Below are positions 48,954-63,400 of a stretch of DNA of 64,000 nt, one piece after another. Both the position numbers and the translations under genes were made by a program. Source of the DNA: Raillietiella orientalis (taxonomy: Eukaryota); contig JAYWIR010000001.1 in the NCBI GenBank assembly GCA_036172245.1, forward strand, positions 9,300,001-9,364,000. The letters are read 5' to 3'. Under the pieces are notes generated by a model. That model was not told where the DNA came from. It saw only the letters and a program-made list of their open reading frames with translations, and ran no database searches. Position 1 is the stretch's first letter. Each line of letters opens with the position of its first letter.

Positions 48954-51135
48954 CTAAAAACAAAGCGTAGTGAAATTTAATTACAGCGAATCAGACGAGA
49001 ATATGACGTGGCGAAAGCAAAAGAGTTTGCATTAGGAATTTCTAATCTCCCTTTTTGCTCTTGAATAGATGGATTGCGCTTGTCTTAGGGTCCCTGGATT
49101 TCCATTCCATCTGTCCATCTGTCTTCAAAAGTCAATTTCAAGGGTCAGGTTTCCTATAAGGCAGTCGGCGGGTTAAGCCGACATTCAGATAAACCGGGAA
49201 CTTGCCGAAGATTCAGAATTTTGCGGCCTTCGATCGCTTGTTTTTGCAAGAACCTTCTCTTTTGTCATCCCTTCATGATAATGGACTGACAGATGTTACA
49301 TTACGTGCTCTTTTAATTAAAGAAATTCCAGCAACAAGAGAAGCATCGTCTTCGTTGCCAATGGTTTTAGTGCCCTTTGCCTGAATGTCCGTGGTTTTGC
49401 TGCGTTCACGCGGTGTCAGCCGTTCGACCACTTACTTAAGGTTCTTTTTCCACGTGATTATTGCCGGCAGTGAGACGACGTCGCCATGCTGACACCTTCG
49501 ATGATACCGCCTTAGCTACGAGCAAGTTTTCTGAGGAGCGAGGCGGAACCTGAGCTATCGGAACTCTTTTCTAGACTCACAGAAAGTCGTGAAGCAATCG
49601 TTCTGTCTCGCCTCCTTGCATCTCGACTTCACTCTACTTGGACGGGAGAAAAGCCGGAACTTCCTGGGGTAACACCTCCATCAGAGAGTCTGACCCGCGG
49701 CCGAAACGAGCAGATCTCACTTACCAGGTCATTGTGGTCCTCATCGGATCCATGGAAAGCCTCTCGACGTAATTGAACATGTTTACTGCAGCATACCTCC
49801 ACGATGACTCGGCTCAGGGTGCGTGCGACCGCTCCTATTCTTCTTGCAAAGGACCAGCAAGGTTTCCTTCCGTCCCCCCGATGGCAGGTGGCCACCCCAA
49901 CCCCGAGAAGGGTTTTCACCCGTAGGGTGGCACGGAGCTTTCGGTTCCAAGAGCAAGAGGCAAGGGAGAAAATCCTCGAGTTCGCCTTCTCGCATCGGCG
50001 ACGCCACCTTCGGCGCCATTCCCGCACTTGGTAGCTGCCTCTCCTTCCCGGACGGCGAGAGGAGAAACGGAGGAACCGCGTGCGCGCTCTCCTGCGGTTC
50101 GGTCGCCAGATTCTTGAGACGGCGCTTGCCTAAGCGCACCATTTGGTACGTGCGTCGGAGCTTCGTTCCTCGATGGCCGGCGCCAAGGAAGTTGGAGGTA
50201 TGGAACGCAGCGCTGATTTCGCACAGGCACCGGGAGAACTCGGGTCCCTGGTTGGCGCCACGTGGTGCAGGTGGCGACGGTTTCAGGAGCTCCGTTGAGG
50301 AGCTCAGCCTTGGCTCGAAAAATCCCTTAGCGTTTTTCGGGTATCTTCGGGGCTGTGGCTGCTCGAAGTGCCGTGCCGTCGGTAAGTGACCCACGAAATT
50401 CCCTGCAACGCGTCACCACCGGTCGCCGTGCGACCGAGCCGAGCTCCGCGGCACGACGCAGGCCTCTTCACAGCCGTCGTGCTGACGACGTCCTTCTGGG
50501 ACGCGGAAGGTGGCACTTGCCAGGCGGACCGACTTCTTTCGTCGCCGCCATCCTGATACGTAGGAACGTTCAGAAGGAGACCTGTGATGACCTTGCAGCC
50601 ATGAGGAAGGCGCTCACCGCCAGGAGTCCCTGCTGTGCGACGTGCCAAGTTGCCCGCGAGGTAGCACATTGCTGCTGGGGAGCACAGGACTCGTCACAGG
50701 ACCTTCCACAGGAAACGTGAATTCTTCGCCTCATTCTTTGCACGGAGCTTGGCTTATTCTTGCATTTCTCGTAATTATGAAACTAACTACAAAACTGGAT
50801 AATGGGCAATCAATTTCGATAAGAACCAATGAGGATTGGATGTTTCTTTTTTTTTTTTTTTTTTTACTTCACATCCGAAACCATCATCGTAAGCCGCTGC
50901 ACCCAAGCCAACTGCACACAGCTGCCTCAGATCTACAGGCATAAATATCAGCTTATGCAAATGTTGGAAGCGTGTACGATTTTTGATATTTTGGAATACG
51001 GAAATCTACGCAAGCAAGGAGGTTGTAGTTCAAAATGGCAGAACAGGACATAAGAAACACCGTGTTCCACAGAATGGCTGCACAACAGGTGAAAAAAATG
51101 GCCACGTGTGAACGAGTTTCCACTTTATAAAATAT

Positions 51136-53807
51136 TTATTTACGGAGGCTGTTACGTGACTTCTGGAATTTATTCTTTTTCCTAGGTGGCTCCAAGTTTT
51201 TGACTGGAAATAATAGCGGCACCTGATGATTCAGTACATGAAGCACAGTCATTAAATTGGGATCTAAAGGCAACCACGGTGCCTGTGAAAGTGGCTCACA
51301 CTGCTGAAAAGCTGACATACTGTAGCGGCCATGTAAGTCGAAACCACCCCTGGGGAATCCAATGTCCTCAATAGCCCTGTACTTATGTACACTTCCTAAC
51401 CTCTTGTTTTGCGTGTTCTTCAAGATGTGAAGTTGGCCGCCCGAGTCTGGTTGGTAAAACCGCAAGTAGACACCTGGAGGCAGTTGACAGAAGGTTTGCA
51501 GACTGGTGTACAACTTCTGCAAGAGGTGACTTTCATTCAACTGCACAGCATCCATTTCCTCTTTCAGTGCTTCTTTGCTCTGATGCTCAAACATGAGCAC
51601 CTGTCCCGTATACGCATCAGTGCGCACTGAAAGCAAATGAAATCAGGAGAAGCGGATCTTCCAGCATTACCCCGCAACACTTTAGCATCTGGATGAAGAG
51701 TGCAATAGCACCACTGCCTGATCAGTTCTTTGGCAGACAAAACCTCAGCACCATAATAGGGCTGATATTCCATTTTGCATGCAATTTTGTAGTTGCACAA
51801 TTTCTTCTCCCACTGCAAAAAAAAAAAAACTGTGAGCACATTAAATCACCTGATGCTCTTGTACTTTAGCAGCATCCAGACTTGAGCGAACCAACATCGT
51901 AATTTCTCCATTACTGGAATGTAACCGCCAAATGCGGTAGCTGCGATGGGATGATTGCTGCTTGAGTGGGTCTTCCACTTTGCAGAATGGTGCAGGTCTG
52001 TCTGATTCAGGTACATCACATTTATCCTAGTCTTCCTAATGCACTGATCTTATATTTGAGGTACTCACTTTGTCATGCAGTGGATTAGTCCCAAGAGAGT
52101 CATATTTACTTTCAGATGCCTAAGCTCTAGATCAGTTATGAATTGGCTACAGTAAAATGTACCTGATCCTCTTTATTTTGTACTCGCACATGAATAGGTG
52201 CAACATGGCGATGGCATAACAGCTGTCTAGCAGTGTATTGATAAAACTGCTGTCGGAGGTCCATTGCTGTCAGCTGCACAGGACAAAAGGGACGGTCCAA
52301 AAATACAACTTTCTGGAAAGTTCCATCCTATGAGACTCATGCTTCCTGTTCTTTCTCTCACTTGGTGCTCCACTTGATCAACAATTATGGGAAGGAGTGA
52401 TGGCTGGGGAGTACCATTGTCCAACCCTTGTGCAAGAAGAGCAACAGTCTGAGGAGATGCAACCACATTGATACGGTGCTGCTTCAGCAGCAGTGGAATC
52501 TCAGGATCTTTGCTAACTACAAAATGCACTGCTGGAAAGGGCATGTAGTTGACTGCTCACCAGAACAATACTTTTCTTTGCATGGTGAGCACCTAGTTAT
52601 GAGTTTTCTATACTGATCAGACAAAGAGACTGGAGAAGACAATGAAGGCAGCGTCAATTTGGAAATCTGGCCCTGAAAAGGACAGAACATGGTGAACAAA
52701 TTCATAAGGCGATACTATTTAATAGCTCACTGCTTCCTTCAAAACAGTCTCTGGTACCAGCTGGACAGTTTCCACAGATTTCTCATTGTTTTCCAGTTGT
52801 TGACATGAACTCATCTTTTCAAAATAGCGAGGGTAATCAAAGGCTCTTGACCACTTGTGCTGTAAAAGACATCTTCTTTACTTGTTTGCATATCATTTTT
52901 CTAACCTTAATGACCTCCCAAATATAAGATTGAATATGTGGTTCCAACTTATTGTAAACATGGAGCTGTTTTTGAGCCACCTGCTTTGCAAATTCTTGGA
53001 ATTCTTCCTGCTCCCTTCTTACCTTTGCTTTCAGTTTCTAACCAAATTACTAATTTTCTTTGACTACTGCAAGCAACTAACCTCATAGTCACCAAACTTC
53101 TTCTTCTGACTTGGTGGGAGAAATTCTGGTGTTTGTATTGCTTTGAATTCATTTTCCAATTCTAAGTATGTTTCCAATTCAGTTTTAGTGAGAGATGAAT
53201 ACCGAGGATATTTCACAGGAGCTTCAGGAAACTTGAAAGACTTTTCAACATATGATGGAGATGTATTTTTTGATTGAGTTTTGGGTGGATTTTTTGATGG
53301 CAAGTTGGTTAGGGATGCACTTTTCAACTTTGTCTCAGATGGATTTTTCGATTCTACTGCAGAGCTTGGTGCACTTCCTTCATCTCTTCCCCAATTCTCA
53401 ATCTCTTTGGACCATGGTGATAATAAATGACTTTCATTTCCAAAGAACAACTGATAATTGTCTTCAAACAATTTCCAGGTGATATCTTTTTCATGTACAG
53501 GTACATTCCTGAAACAAGAAAGCTTGATTGCAAGACCATGGTGATTAAACATATGCCAAGAATATTTCAGCACAATGATATGCCACTTTATGAGCTGCTT
53601 AATGATCTAGGAACCAGATACCTATTAAAATGCAAGCATCTTTTAACAATACTTCAATTCGGTTTACTTCATATCATATCCAATTTTTCGCATTTGGCAT
53701 CCAAGAAATCCTTACCAAGATTCAACTTATTTCAATATAACTTCAAAGATCCTTCACAGATCCTGGAAATTATACACCTACCAATCAAATGTATATTCTA
53801 TATTCAT
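51136..53807 (-). CDS. ICE2: Little elongation complex subunit 2 (ICE2/NARG2), multi-exon
   Basis: N-terminal YPRYSSLTKTELETYLEL. NARG2_C-like KMEYQPYYGAEVLSAKELIRQW, LCQLPPGVYL-type segment, FDLH and PWLPLDP. Proposed exon 1 (53807-53782, MNIEYTFDW) joins exon 2 (from 53508) in phase; 44-nt intron at 51670-51627. Confidence 0.85.
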
Positions 53808-56460
53808 GTTTCCTCCGAAATCATGTTCAAACAGACAAATCAACACGAACATCTACAAAGTCCCCATCGCTGCCGCCAATTAGGGTTCTCAACTCTTTCC
53901 AGGAAGCGCGTTTCCCATTTGGTTGTTTGCCTCAACCTACAAATACAATTACTGGAGAATACAAAAGTTATCAGTAACTTTTTCCCTTGCTTAAAATAGA
54001 TGCATCTATTCTTTTCTTTTTTAAAATGGACACTTTATTGTAATCGTCCATCAGGACTTATGCAAAATTTATTTGCTCTTTGACATTCCACGGTTAATTG
54101 GAATTGAGCAAGGGGAAAATTCGACATTTGCAAGTATCCTAGAGTTCCCTTTGCAAAACAATAGGGCAAGGACAGTATTAAGGAATTTTTTATATTTATG
54201 AATATGATCTCATCTAATTTCTTTAGCAGTGCATCTTGCAAATTTTTACAAAGCATTAAAAATTGAATTTTTAGTAAAACCGCACAGAGAACCAGAGCGA
54301 GCGAATACAGATCCTACCTTTTGATTAGGAAAACTGGAGGTTCTTTTAGCAAACCCAATGTCGATGCAGCATATTTACAGCTCCTTCAATATGTGTTCAA
54401 TAAGTGAGCAATAATGAACTCTTAGAAACACTTTGGTTAAATAGAAGGAAAAATTCAATACGCATATCATAAAATGTACTTTATGATTGACGAATATATA
54501 CTTCATAGTACGTGTTTATTGCATCTTATCATCGAGAAGAGCTTCTTCATAAGAAAATAGCAGTTATGTCTTCGCATAATTAATTTATCATTCGTGCTAT
54601 AATGGAAAATTATGGCTACTCAACCACTCAGTGCAGTACCAAGAATACCTGAGAAATTGTTTGGATCAGAAAATAATTCATGAAATTCACATCGATTCGT
54701 GCAAAGCAAGTGGAAGGTAGGGCAAAATTAAAGAATCCCATACCCTGTTCTATTCAATATCTATGGCATATGTACTCAATAACTACTTTTTACAATCTAA
54801 TTTTTCTATAACTATCTATTTGAGAGCCAATACTCTTATAAGATGATGCTGAAAGATGATAGAATTTCGTTTTTTTTCTAAAGAATTAAAACCATTGAGG
54901 AATATTCGAAAGAGAAAGCATGTCTAACTATTACTGGATGTAGAAGCAATTCTTGCCTAGCTACTGCAGAGTTTCCGAATGAATAATGAAGTATCTGAAT
55001 TTTTTCAGATATTTTGGAAATGAAATCCCGAAAATAGTGAACTTAGTCGAAATGTAATATAGAATTATGGAGCATTTTCAACAGGGAAAACTTTTCGGAA
55101 CAATTATAAACGTATGACACTGGGGTCTCACATGACAATAAAATAATATACAAGTAGCGTAGTTTGACAAGAGTATTCTTTTTTGTGATAGGTCTCATTA
55201 TTTAGAGATTTGGAGAAACTATTAAAAATTTAGGAGTATCTAAAATTCAAAGAAAAAAAAAATACTGTTTGAACTTTTCAAAAGTTCCAAGGTACCGCTA
55301 AATGATATGAGGTTGTGACGGAATTCATAGGAACAATGATTTCATAATTATTTTCTTGTGGTTTTCAGTGGAAGTAATATACTGATATAAAATCTAATGA
55401 AACTCTAATGTGGCTTCAGTAATGCCATTTGAAGTATTCAATAAAATGAATGATTTTCAACGAATTATAGCACACGAAGCGGATAAGTAGTTTGACTCAG
55501 AAGCCACATACAAAATGGTTATCGTTATAAGTTTTCAGGAACTGATTCATTGAGAAGCAAATGATCGCTTATGCAAACTTCATGAGTTGACTTTAAAATG
55601 GTTGCATTTTCAATACTAAGGTCTAGACTATCTTTAACGTTTGATTCAAAACTGAGTCTTATTAGGTCGATTAGTAGCCGCTTTTTATTACTCGTTACCA
55701 CTTTTTTATTGCTCAACTTGTCTACCATATGAGGTGTATCCAGGATTTTTTTTTTACACGGAGGAAACAAAAGTTCAGGAAATTTATACTGTGCAGGAAG
55801 TTTGTCTTCTCTAAGCAACTGAACAAGCACCGGTTACTTTTATTCTCAGTTTATATTTATGTTTTTTAGAATAGGTAAAGAATTTCTTTTCAGAAAGGGA
55901 CTTGGGATCTCCGTGTACCATATAACAGCGGTTTGTTTAAATGAAATGAGAAATTTGCATAATGCAGAAATGCAATAGTAGGCACGGATATGTATGTGTT
56001 CGGTTTGTCCAAGAATTATTGAATGGAATTTGTTAGTGTACAAGGATTCCAGAATCAGTGTGTTACAAAAAACACATCGATGACCCGATGACTTATCGTC
56101 CACGTATTTATGCGGGGTTATGTGCTGTGTGTTTTCGAAAGATGAATATTAAGAATGTGATAAGCAAAAAATAGTAAAGAGCCATAAAAATATCCGAAAT
56201 AAGATATTCAAGTTTATATTCAAATGTGCTCTGCATCTCTAACCATTAAAACGTGTTTGTAATGTTCCTGTAAACTCTGAATATAACTTACATGATGTAC
56301 GGTGGAATCGACTTACATGATTTACATAAATTACAAGACTTACATTGACTTCCATGATGTACTGTGGATTGTGGAAATCTTCTCTCACGTCTAATTTTAG
56401 CATAATGATTATGAATGTGTTCTGTCCAATTGGGTGTATGAAAGAATTAGTATTGTTAGT

Positions 56461-59400
56461 ATGAAGAAATTACCTGGTCCATTGGGATTTCTTCCAGACA
56501 AATCAGCAGAGAGTTTGTGTAAAAGAGCAGCTACCCCAGGGTTTGAAGTAAGTACACATAATTTTTTACTTGAAGAAGGTATTGAAATGTTAAGTGACAA
56601 CATTTTAAATCGATGGCCATTTTCTTATCCTGAGGAATTGCATAAAATGCAGAAGCATTTTGCTTAAATATATAATATATAAAATACATTTGCATCATTG
56701 AGTGGACATGGAAGCATTTTCAAGAAGAAAGTGTACATAATTGTTGGCAGAGGCATGAATAGTAAATCAGAATATATTCATTCACTCTAGTGCAGAAATA
56801 CATTTTGAATATTGCACAAGATAGTAAATGGACTGCAGCCACTTAATTTTTAATGCTTGCCAATGATGTGGTTACCATAATGGGATGCTAATGTAAGTGA
56901 CATTTCTAGGTTTCAACTGATGGCATTTCACCTGAACATCTTGGGGGAATATCCTCTGGAAAAAACAATGATGACACTACAACTTTCATTGAGGTAGAAT
57001 ATTTTATCATTAATACATTGATCTTGAAATGCATTCAATTTACACAGATGCATTCTAGTATATTCTTATATTCTGAATAAACATGGAAAAAGGTGTTTGT
57101 TTATTGAATTTCTGATATGTTGAAAAATACAATCATTGTAAAGTGAATACGTAATGTTGAGGTTGTAGGTTGTTAATTATGCATGTGAGGATTTTTGGAT
57201 TTGAAAGGTTGCTCTGCAGTGTCAAATGTTTGTAATTTACTGCATAAAATTTCAGTTGGTTTATCATTACTGTGAGCATTTTTTTTTTTTGGTTGCTTTG
57301 GGATTCTGAGGAAGTTTATTTTTTTCTTGACTAATAGTAATTCTCTTCTGTTGAGATTTGCCTCAATATCCTTAGGCATACCATGGACTTATCATGATGT
57401 ATAAATAAATACTTACTCAAAAATGGGCTGTGGAAAATTACAATCATTATTATCTCACAGTCCTGAACTATTATTTCATAGTTTTTCATCATTCTTTACC
57501 AAGCTTTACATGTTTACTAGCTAGAGTAGGGTTGCCTATCAGAATGCAAAGTGGACTGGCCTAGATATCAATAAGCCAGTCTACTTCATGCTTAAGATCG
57601 GAAGACATTCTGTATATTAAAGCAAAAGTACAGTTCTAGGATGATGAACCTGGTTTTAATTTTTTCTTGTGTTTTGCTTTGAGCAAGTGTGTAGAGAAGA
57701 CTTTGTTATGAGATGATCTTCCCGACTTTTGCTTTTTATTGTGTTTTTGAATGTATTAATAAGTGATGCATAGTCGAACGTATTGCCTAAAGATTTGATT
57801 AGAGTGTTTATTTTTGGTAAATTTTTCATTGCCGTTTTCATTTTTGTTTGTGAATACTAATGCAATTCCAAGTGAATAGGATTGGCATCGGAATTCATTA
57901 ATTTGATTCCCCCATTTAAACTGTAACCCTTATTTTCTTTATCACCCAAAAGACTATCCTAATCTGATTAAGGTTCCCATAATAAGTTCATATTAATAAT
58001 CAAGTTTTTAGGTTTCCTTTTTTTGCTATTTTTTAGTTTGCAGTTGGGGTTGTTGCTGCTGTATTATTATTAACTGTCTATGTACCTCGTTTTTAGTGTT
58101 CCTGTTTGATATGCAATATTTTTCATTTAATACCATTTCTCCACTTAATTGAGTTATGTAGATAATATGTTGTTGATTACATATTGTTGGGCTAAGTTGT
58201 TAATCCCAGAGTCAGCTGTGTGTTACATGGTTTACCAAAAACGTGATTGATTTTCCAAATTCTGCTTTATTGAAGTTCAAGGAAATTCAATTGCCTCTTA
58301 GACAACTGACTTGCAGCCTCATGTGACAGTCCACTCAAATGACTTCTCCATATCTGTGTTGAAACTAACTTTTGAAATTCTAATTTGTGTATCAAATTTG
58401 TATACATATTCATGCTTAATATGAAGTATTAGCACATTAAACATAAATTAAGTAATTTAAATTTTGATAAATGTAATATAGAGTCATTAACTTTTTAAAC
58501 TTTTTAAACAAGTTATATTTAAGCTGCCAGTTTGTTTGTTTTCTTTCTTTCCATCATTACCCATTACTCGGATAGCCTACCTTTTACTTCACATTTGTCT
58601 TGGAACTTGATAAACAAGTCTGCTATGCTGCCATTTGAAACTTCTTTTGAACATGTGCAAAGAAACTGCAAAACTTTATTTCAGTGATGGATTTCACTCG
58701 TTTCTTGCTTGATTGCATTTCACACCAAGCGATCTTTGGCATGTAAGATGTAAAAAACCCAAGTCCAAAGAGAAGAAACGAAACCTAGTTGCTAGAAAGC
58801 TACAGGCATTTTCTCGATAAGCAATCTACGGAAGCGTTTTTTTGACAAACTTTTTTTCCATTTTGCTCTGTATTAGCAGAATTGGTTTTCTACTTTATTG
58901 CCTTGGACATTTATTTTATTGAGTTTCAAGGATTAAAATTTTCACAATGTAACGTTTGAACCGAAATAAACCTATGCAAATAATTTTTGCAGTCAGAATT
59001 TTCCTTTTCTCTTTGCAAATTATTTTAACCAAGAGCGATTGCCAATGACTTGTGTACTTTCATGCATCATATTCTTGTGTCAACTTGAGCATTTGTTTGA
59101 TTGCAATAATTTTCATAAAATAAATTTTCATCCTGACAAGAGACCTTTCCTCCCCACTCTTCTGTGTTAGCCTCATCATAGTAATGTGCACCCTAAGGAA
59201 TCTCCCTTTGAAAAAGCATAATGCCAAGTGTTTTGTGTTTTGATTCAGGGCTTTAAGATCGGGGAGCGGGTTGTTGTTTTTTTGTATCCTATCATCAGTT
59301 TTGGAAAATTCGTTTCAATTGATTTTGCATTGAATTTGAATTTTTTTTGTTATAGCACAAGCAATATAACTATTAAATCTTTTCGTTTAATGATGTATCA

Positions 59401-60374
59401 AATACTTCGCATTATTGTGTACCACTAAATTACTGATTTAATATCTGAATGTTGGATTGTATGTCATTCAATCTTAGAAAGGTTCTTTATTTTCAAGAGT
59501 GAACAGGAACCCAAATATTCACACAGCTTTCTGTGGCAGGCTGCTATGGGTAACCTGAAGTCCCAAGATCCTAATGCAGAGAAATTAATCCAAAAGTAAG
59601 AAGCAGTTTCTACCGACTTACCCTTTATTTGCTGTCAGGTATAATTGTGCCTGGATATTGCGAAAATTTAGCTTAACTAGGGCACGTGCAGGTCGGGTAC
59701 CTTTTTTGTGCATTCAAGTTTGCAGTTTAAATTTGCAGCATGAAGAATTGATGGCCAATTTTGCAGATGATACAGGTGAAGCAAAATCTTCTAAACATTA
59801 CTACAATCAAACTGCAGGACAAGTACAAGGTATGCTTCACAGCAGCCTTGTAGACCGTTGTGGTGCTCTAATGAATGAAGGCTGCATTCTTCTACTGAAC
59901 AACGCAGCTGTGCTTTGCTCCCATGCACTTTTCTGTAAACCTTATCTGAACATTACTTTAAGTAATGTGATGGCACTGTATACCTGGGACACACTGAGGA
60001 ACTGTCTGCATGTTGAAACTCTTCAGTCATGTGATTTCAGTGCAGTTCTTCAGCAAGCTCCTTCCCTTTGGGAACATTCAGTGGTGCCTGTATCTCTTTC
60101 AAGCTCAAAAAAGTTGGAGTCTTCGTCATTATCTTTTCTGGAAATGCCTCCTGATCAGTCCCTCAGTGAAGACCTCAGTGAAGTCTCAGATATTCTCTTT
60201 GATACAGATAAAGAGTTGTTTCATGATGTCTTGGGTAACGATGTCAGCATATACAGTTTGCGAGCTAAGCTGCATAGCCCTGCAGTGCAGTGTGCTATGG
60301 AAGACTTTCCATCAGACGAGCTTGGAGAGTTAGATGAAGATGATTGGCTGTTATCCTCTGTAGAAGGTGTCTAG
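56461..60374 (+). CDS. HROB: HROB/MCM8IP (C17orf53) OB-fold protein; exons 56461-56547, 59498-59595, 59639-59775, 59818-60374
   Basis: KKLPGPLGFLP motif, then RVPFLCIQV...FADDTG|QVQGMLH...GCILLL...YLNITLSNVMALY, as in the DUF4539 OB fold. Acidic tail; GT-AG introns in phase. The true start may lie further upstream. Confidence 0.87.
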
Positions 60375-60749
60375 TGTTTGCATAAAATGTTTGTCAATAA
60401 GAAACTTATCTCTAGTATTGATAAAATACAAGTAGCTTTCATCTATAGAGTGTTTATTTGCATCTAATAGTGATCTACTGAAACAACAACTTGTTGGAAT
60501 GCAGGGCAGTGTTTAAAATTCAGGACAGGTGGCGTGTAAGAAAATTTATTGGTTCCGAGCGATCACACTGTTTTGGATGTTTTTTCCACATATTTCAATT
60601 TCCACGCTTAACACGGCCTTGAATAATTGGCATTGATCAAGAACTAATGAAAACGGACCAATGCCTTAAAAGCATGCAGCGGCCTTGAAAGTTCTCGGGA
60701 GCATAACCTATTTGACAAGGAAAGCACGTATCCACCCATCCCCATTCCA

Positions 60750-63400
60750 ATCCGTGTGTAGGAATTTTTGTTCAGACCACTTTAGTTGCTGTAGAAGATT
60801 TCTTGCAAAGTAAGATCGACGTTATTAAATGCAAAAGGTGATACAGGACGCCCTACAGAACCGTACAGCTTCATGCACTCGTCCTGAGTCACGTAAGGTC
60901 TCTGCTTGAAACAGCTAGCACTCTTACCCCGCAGCTTTGACGCCATTTTTCCTGATACATTTTGTGGGCATCTTTTCCAATCAGTTGCTGTGTCACTTTA
61001 CAGAAACCGTGTGTTTGAGTACCAACCCTTTTTTGTTGTTGCTGTGCGCGTGTACGGAATGAGCATGAACCGCAACTTGGTGAATTATGCATCATTTAAG
61101 TATTCGCAGTTATCTGAACTTTCGGGAAGTCCCGGAATTTTCCGTAACGTAGGGCAGGGCAAATCCGATAGCGCCCCATTGGAAATTCAGCGGCGATGCT
61201 CGCAGCAGCAGCAGCGGACATGCTGATTCCGCAATGCGTGCCCGCGGCATTTTCGTTCTGATAAACACTTGGAGAAAGCAATGGATTGAGCGCTCAGCTT
61301 CTGGTGTCACTTACGAAGAGCTGAAAGTGCCTCAGTGGTGCACCGATGGAGAAAAAAAAGCCTTGCGTGTGGTACATCGACAGGGGACGTCTCTTGCAAT
61401 AATAGGAAGGAACGTGGGAGTGAACTGCTTTGGGGACCAGATAATCATCAACAGCGTACACACACACACATTCATATATAGGCAGGCGCCCACATACGTG
61501 TGTAGAGAAAAGGAAACAGATATGGATGCAGATGTGCATGATCACATGCTTTCTTGGCGGTTTGTCTTGGAGTACGAAGCGGTAACCGTTTCTGACGATT
61601 TGTTCTCCACAGAATAGAGGACTGACTACCTTTCTCGGAAGTTCAGATCTATGCGTAACGAATGTTCATTTACCTATGCATTCTACTGTGGTCGTGGATG
61701 CTGCGGAGCTTGCACTGGAGCATAGCGGTGCCTTCTTCCACTTCTTCGGAGCACAATTTAAAGGCTCTTTTTATTGGCGTGCACCCTGCACACTTTGAAG
61801 ATGAGAAGCTGGATGAGTTTTCATAACTCGATGAACATTTCCTCATACGACTTTTGGCAAAAGTGGTTAAGTCATCATGAATCTGTTTTGTTCGCTTCAT
61901 TTTTATTCATTAATTTTAGGAAATATGTGGAGATCGGAAGGAATCGGAGTCCCTCTAAATAATGATTGCATAAATCTCTTGCATCTTTCAGATGGCCTTG
62001 AGATAACTGGAGTTGGCCGTATAAAACACATAATTGCTCCACAGAGTTACAGCTTGCACGCTACACTTGCGATAAGCAACACCGTCGCTGCAACCGTAAG
62101 AGGAGCAGAGGCCCAGCGTTGCTCGGCAACATTCTTCCCTTCCAATTGGATTGTCTCACCAACTGGCCAACTTTTGGATGATGCTCCTGCATAATAATGT
62201 TGCTCTCTCGATTTCCAGCCTGGTCTCTTTGCCACGTTAATGCAGAATGCTGTTTTCCTACCTTTGCCGCCGCCACGGCGTTGTTTTTTGCAATGACGCA
62301 CCTGACTCGATAAGCTGTTGTTTTTTTGATGCACTGTTGTGTATGTGTGTGTCTTGCGAATAACATTCCCCCACTGTCTGAATACGAACTCCATATGCGT
62401 TAAGATCAAGAGATGCAAAGAACGGAAAAGGCAAGGATAGTGGCTGCCACGGGGACACCGCATGGCAGCCACATCCCAGTTCTCCTGGGTGAAAGTAGTC
62501 CGGAAGGAGTCAGATCATTTATGAATTCGAGGCTATAAGACCGATGTACACATCGGTTCCCTGATAAGTGAGAGTGGCCGGATAGATAACGTGAGTAAGG
62601 CTACTTCGGCACTGATGCATCTTTAGAATGAATGGCGACTGGACCGATTTGTCCGATGTCTGACGATTTCCTCGTGGTGCAATTCACCCCGTGGTGGATC
62701 TTGTTCCTTCAATTATCTCCACCTTGTGCGATCGGGAGCTTAGCACGAATTTCTGTCCCTGTACCGGTATTCCTATGGGTGTTATGCAAGTTGCACGTCC
62801 ACTCTTTCCTGAAAGTTGTGCAAGTTCCCGAGAGCCTAGGGCAAAATGAAACCACGGTTTCGTCAAGAGGCTCTACGTTTCATGTGATGGAAATATTGCA
62901 AAGAACGGTGTTGTAATTTGTTTGCTACTAAAGTGATGCTGCTGATGGAAAACCAAGCATGCGTTGAGAAACATCAAGAGTGACAATAATTGGGAAAATG
63001 TCCAACTTGCAGAAAGAATACTTCATGCGTGAACACCTTGCCTGTGTTTTCAAACTGTGTTTCAACAGTGTTCACTGTGGTGTCTAAGGCACAGTCTCTT
63101 TTCAGTTTGGGGAACTGCCTTTTTTTAAATAGATGAGTCTCACTGAAATCAGTGACGTGCCCGTGACTTCCGACTTTTCAACAAGATCGAGATTCCAAAG
63201 AGACTCTCACCGCCGCGTGGTACCTGCTTGGTGAACTGCGGTTTCTAAGCTTGTTTCTGTGCTGAAGTTTTTTGAAGAAATAGTCATAATTATCATCAGT
63301 CACTTCTTGTTGAGTCGTTATTAACTGACAAAAGAAATACCGTGGAGGAGTCAGAGAAAAATCAATCATTCGGAATGAGGTTTACAGCACGAGCGGTTGA
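60750..63400 (-). CDS. Possible spliced gene of unknown function
   Basis: A few ag/gt-bounded open segments (about 62687-62835 and 61672-61880). No recognisable motif. Confidence 0.25.
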
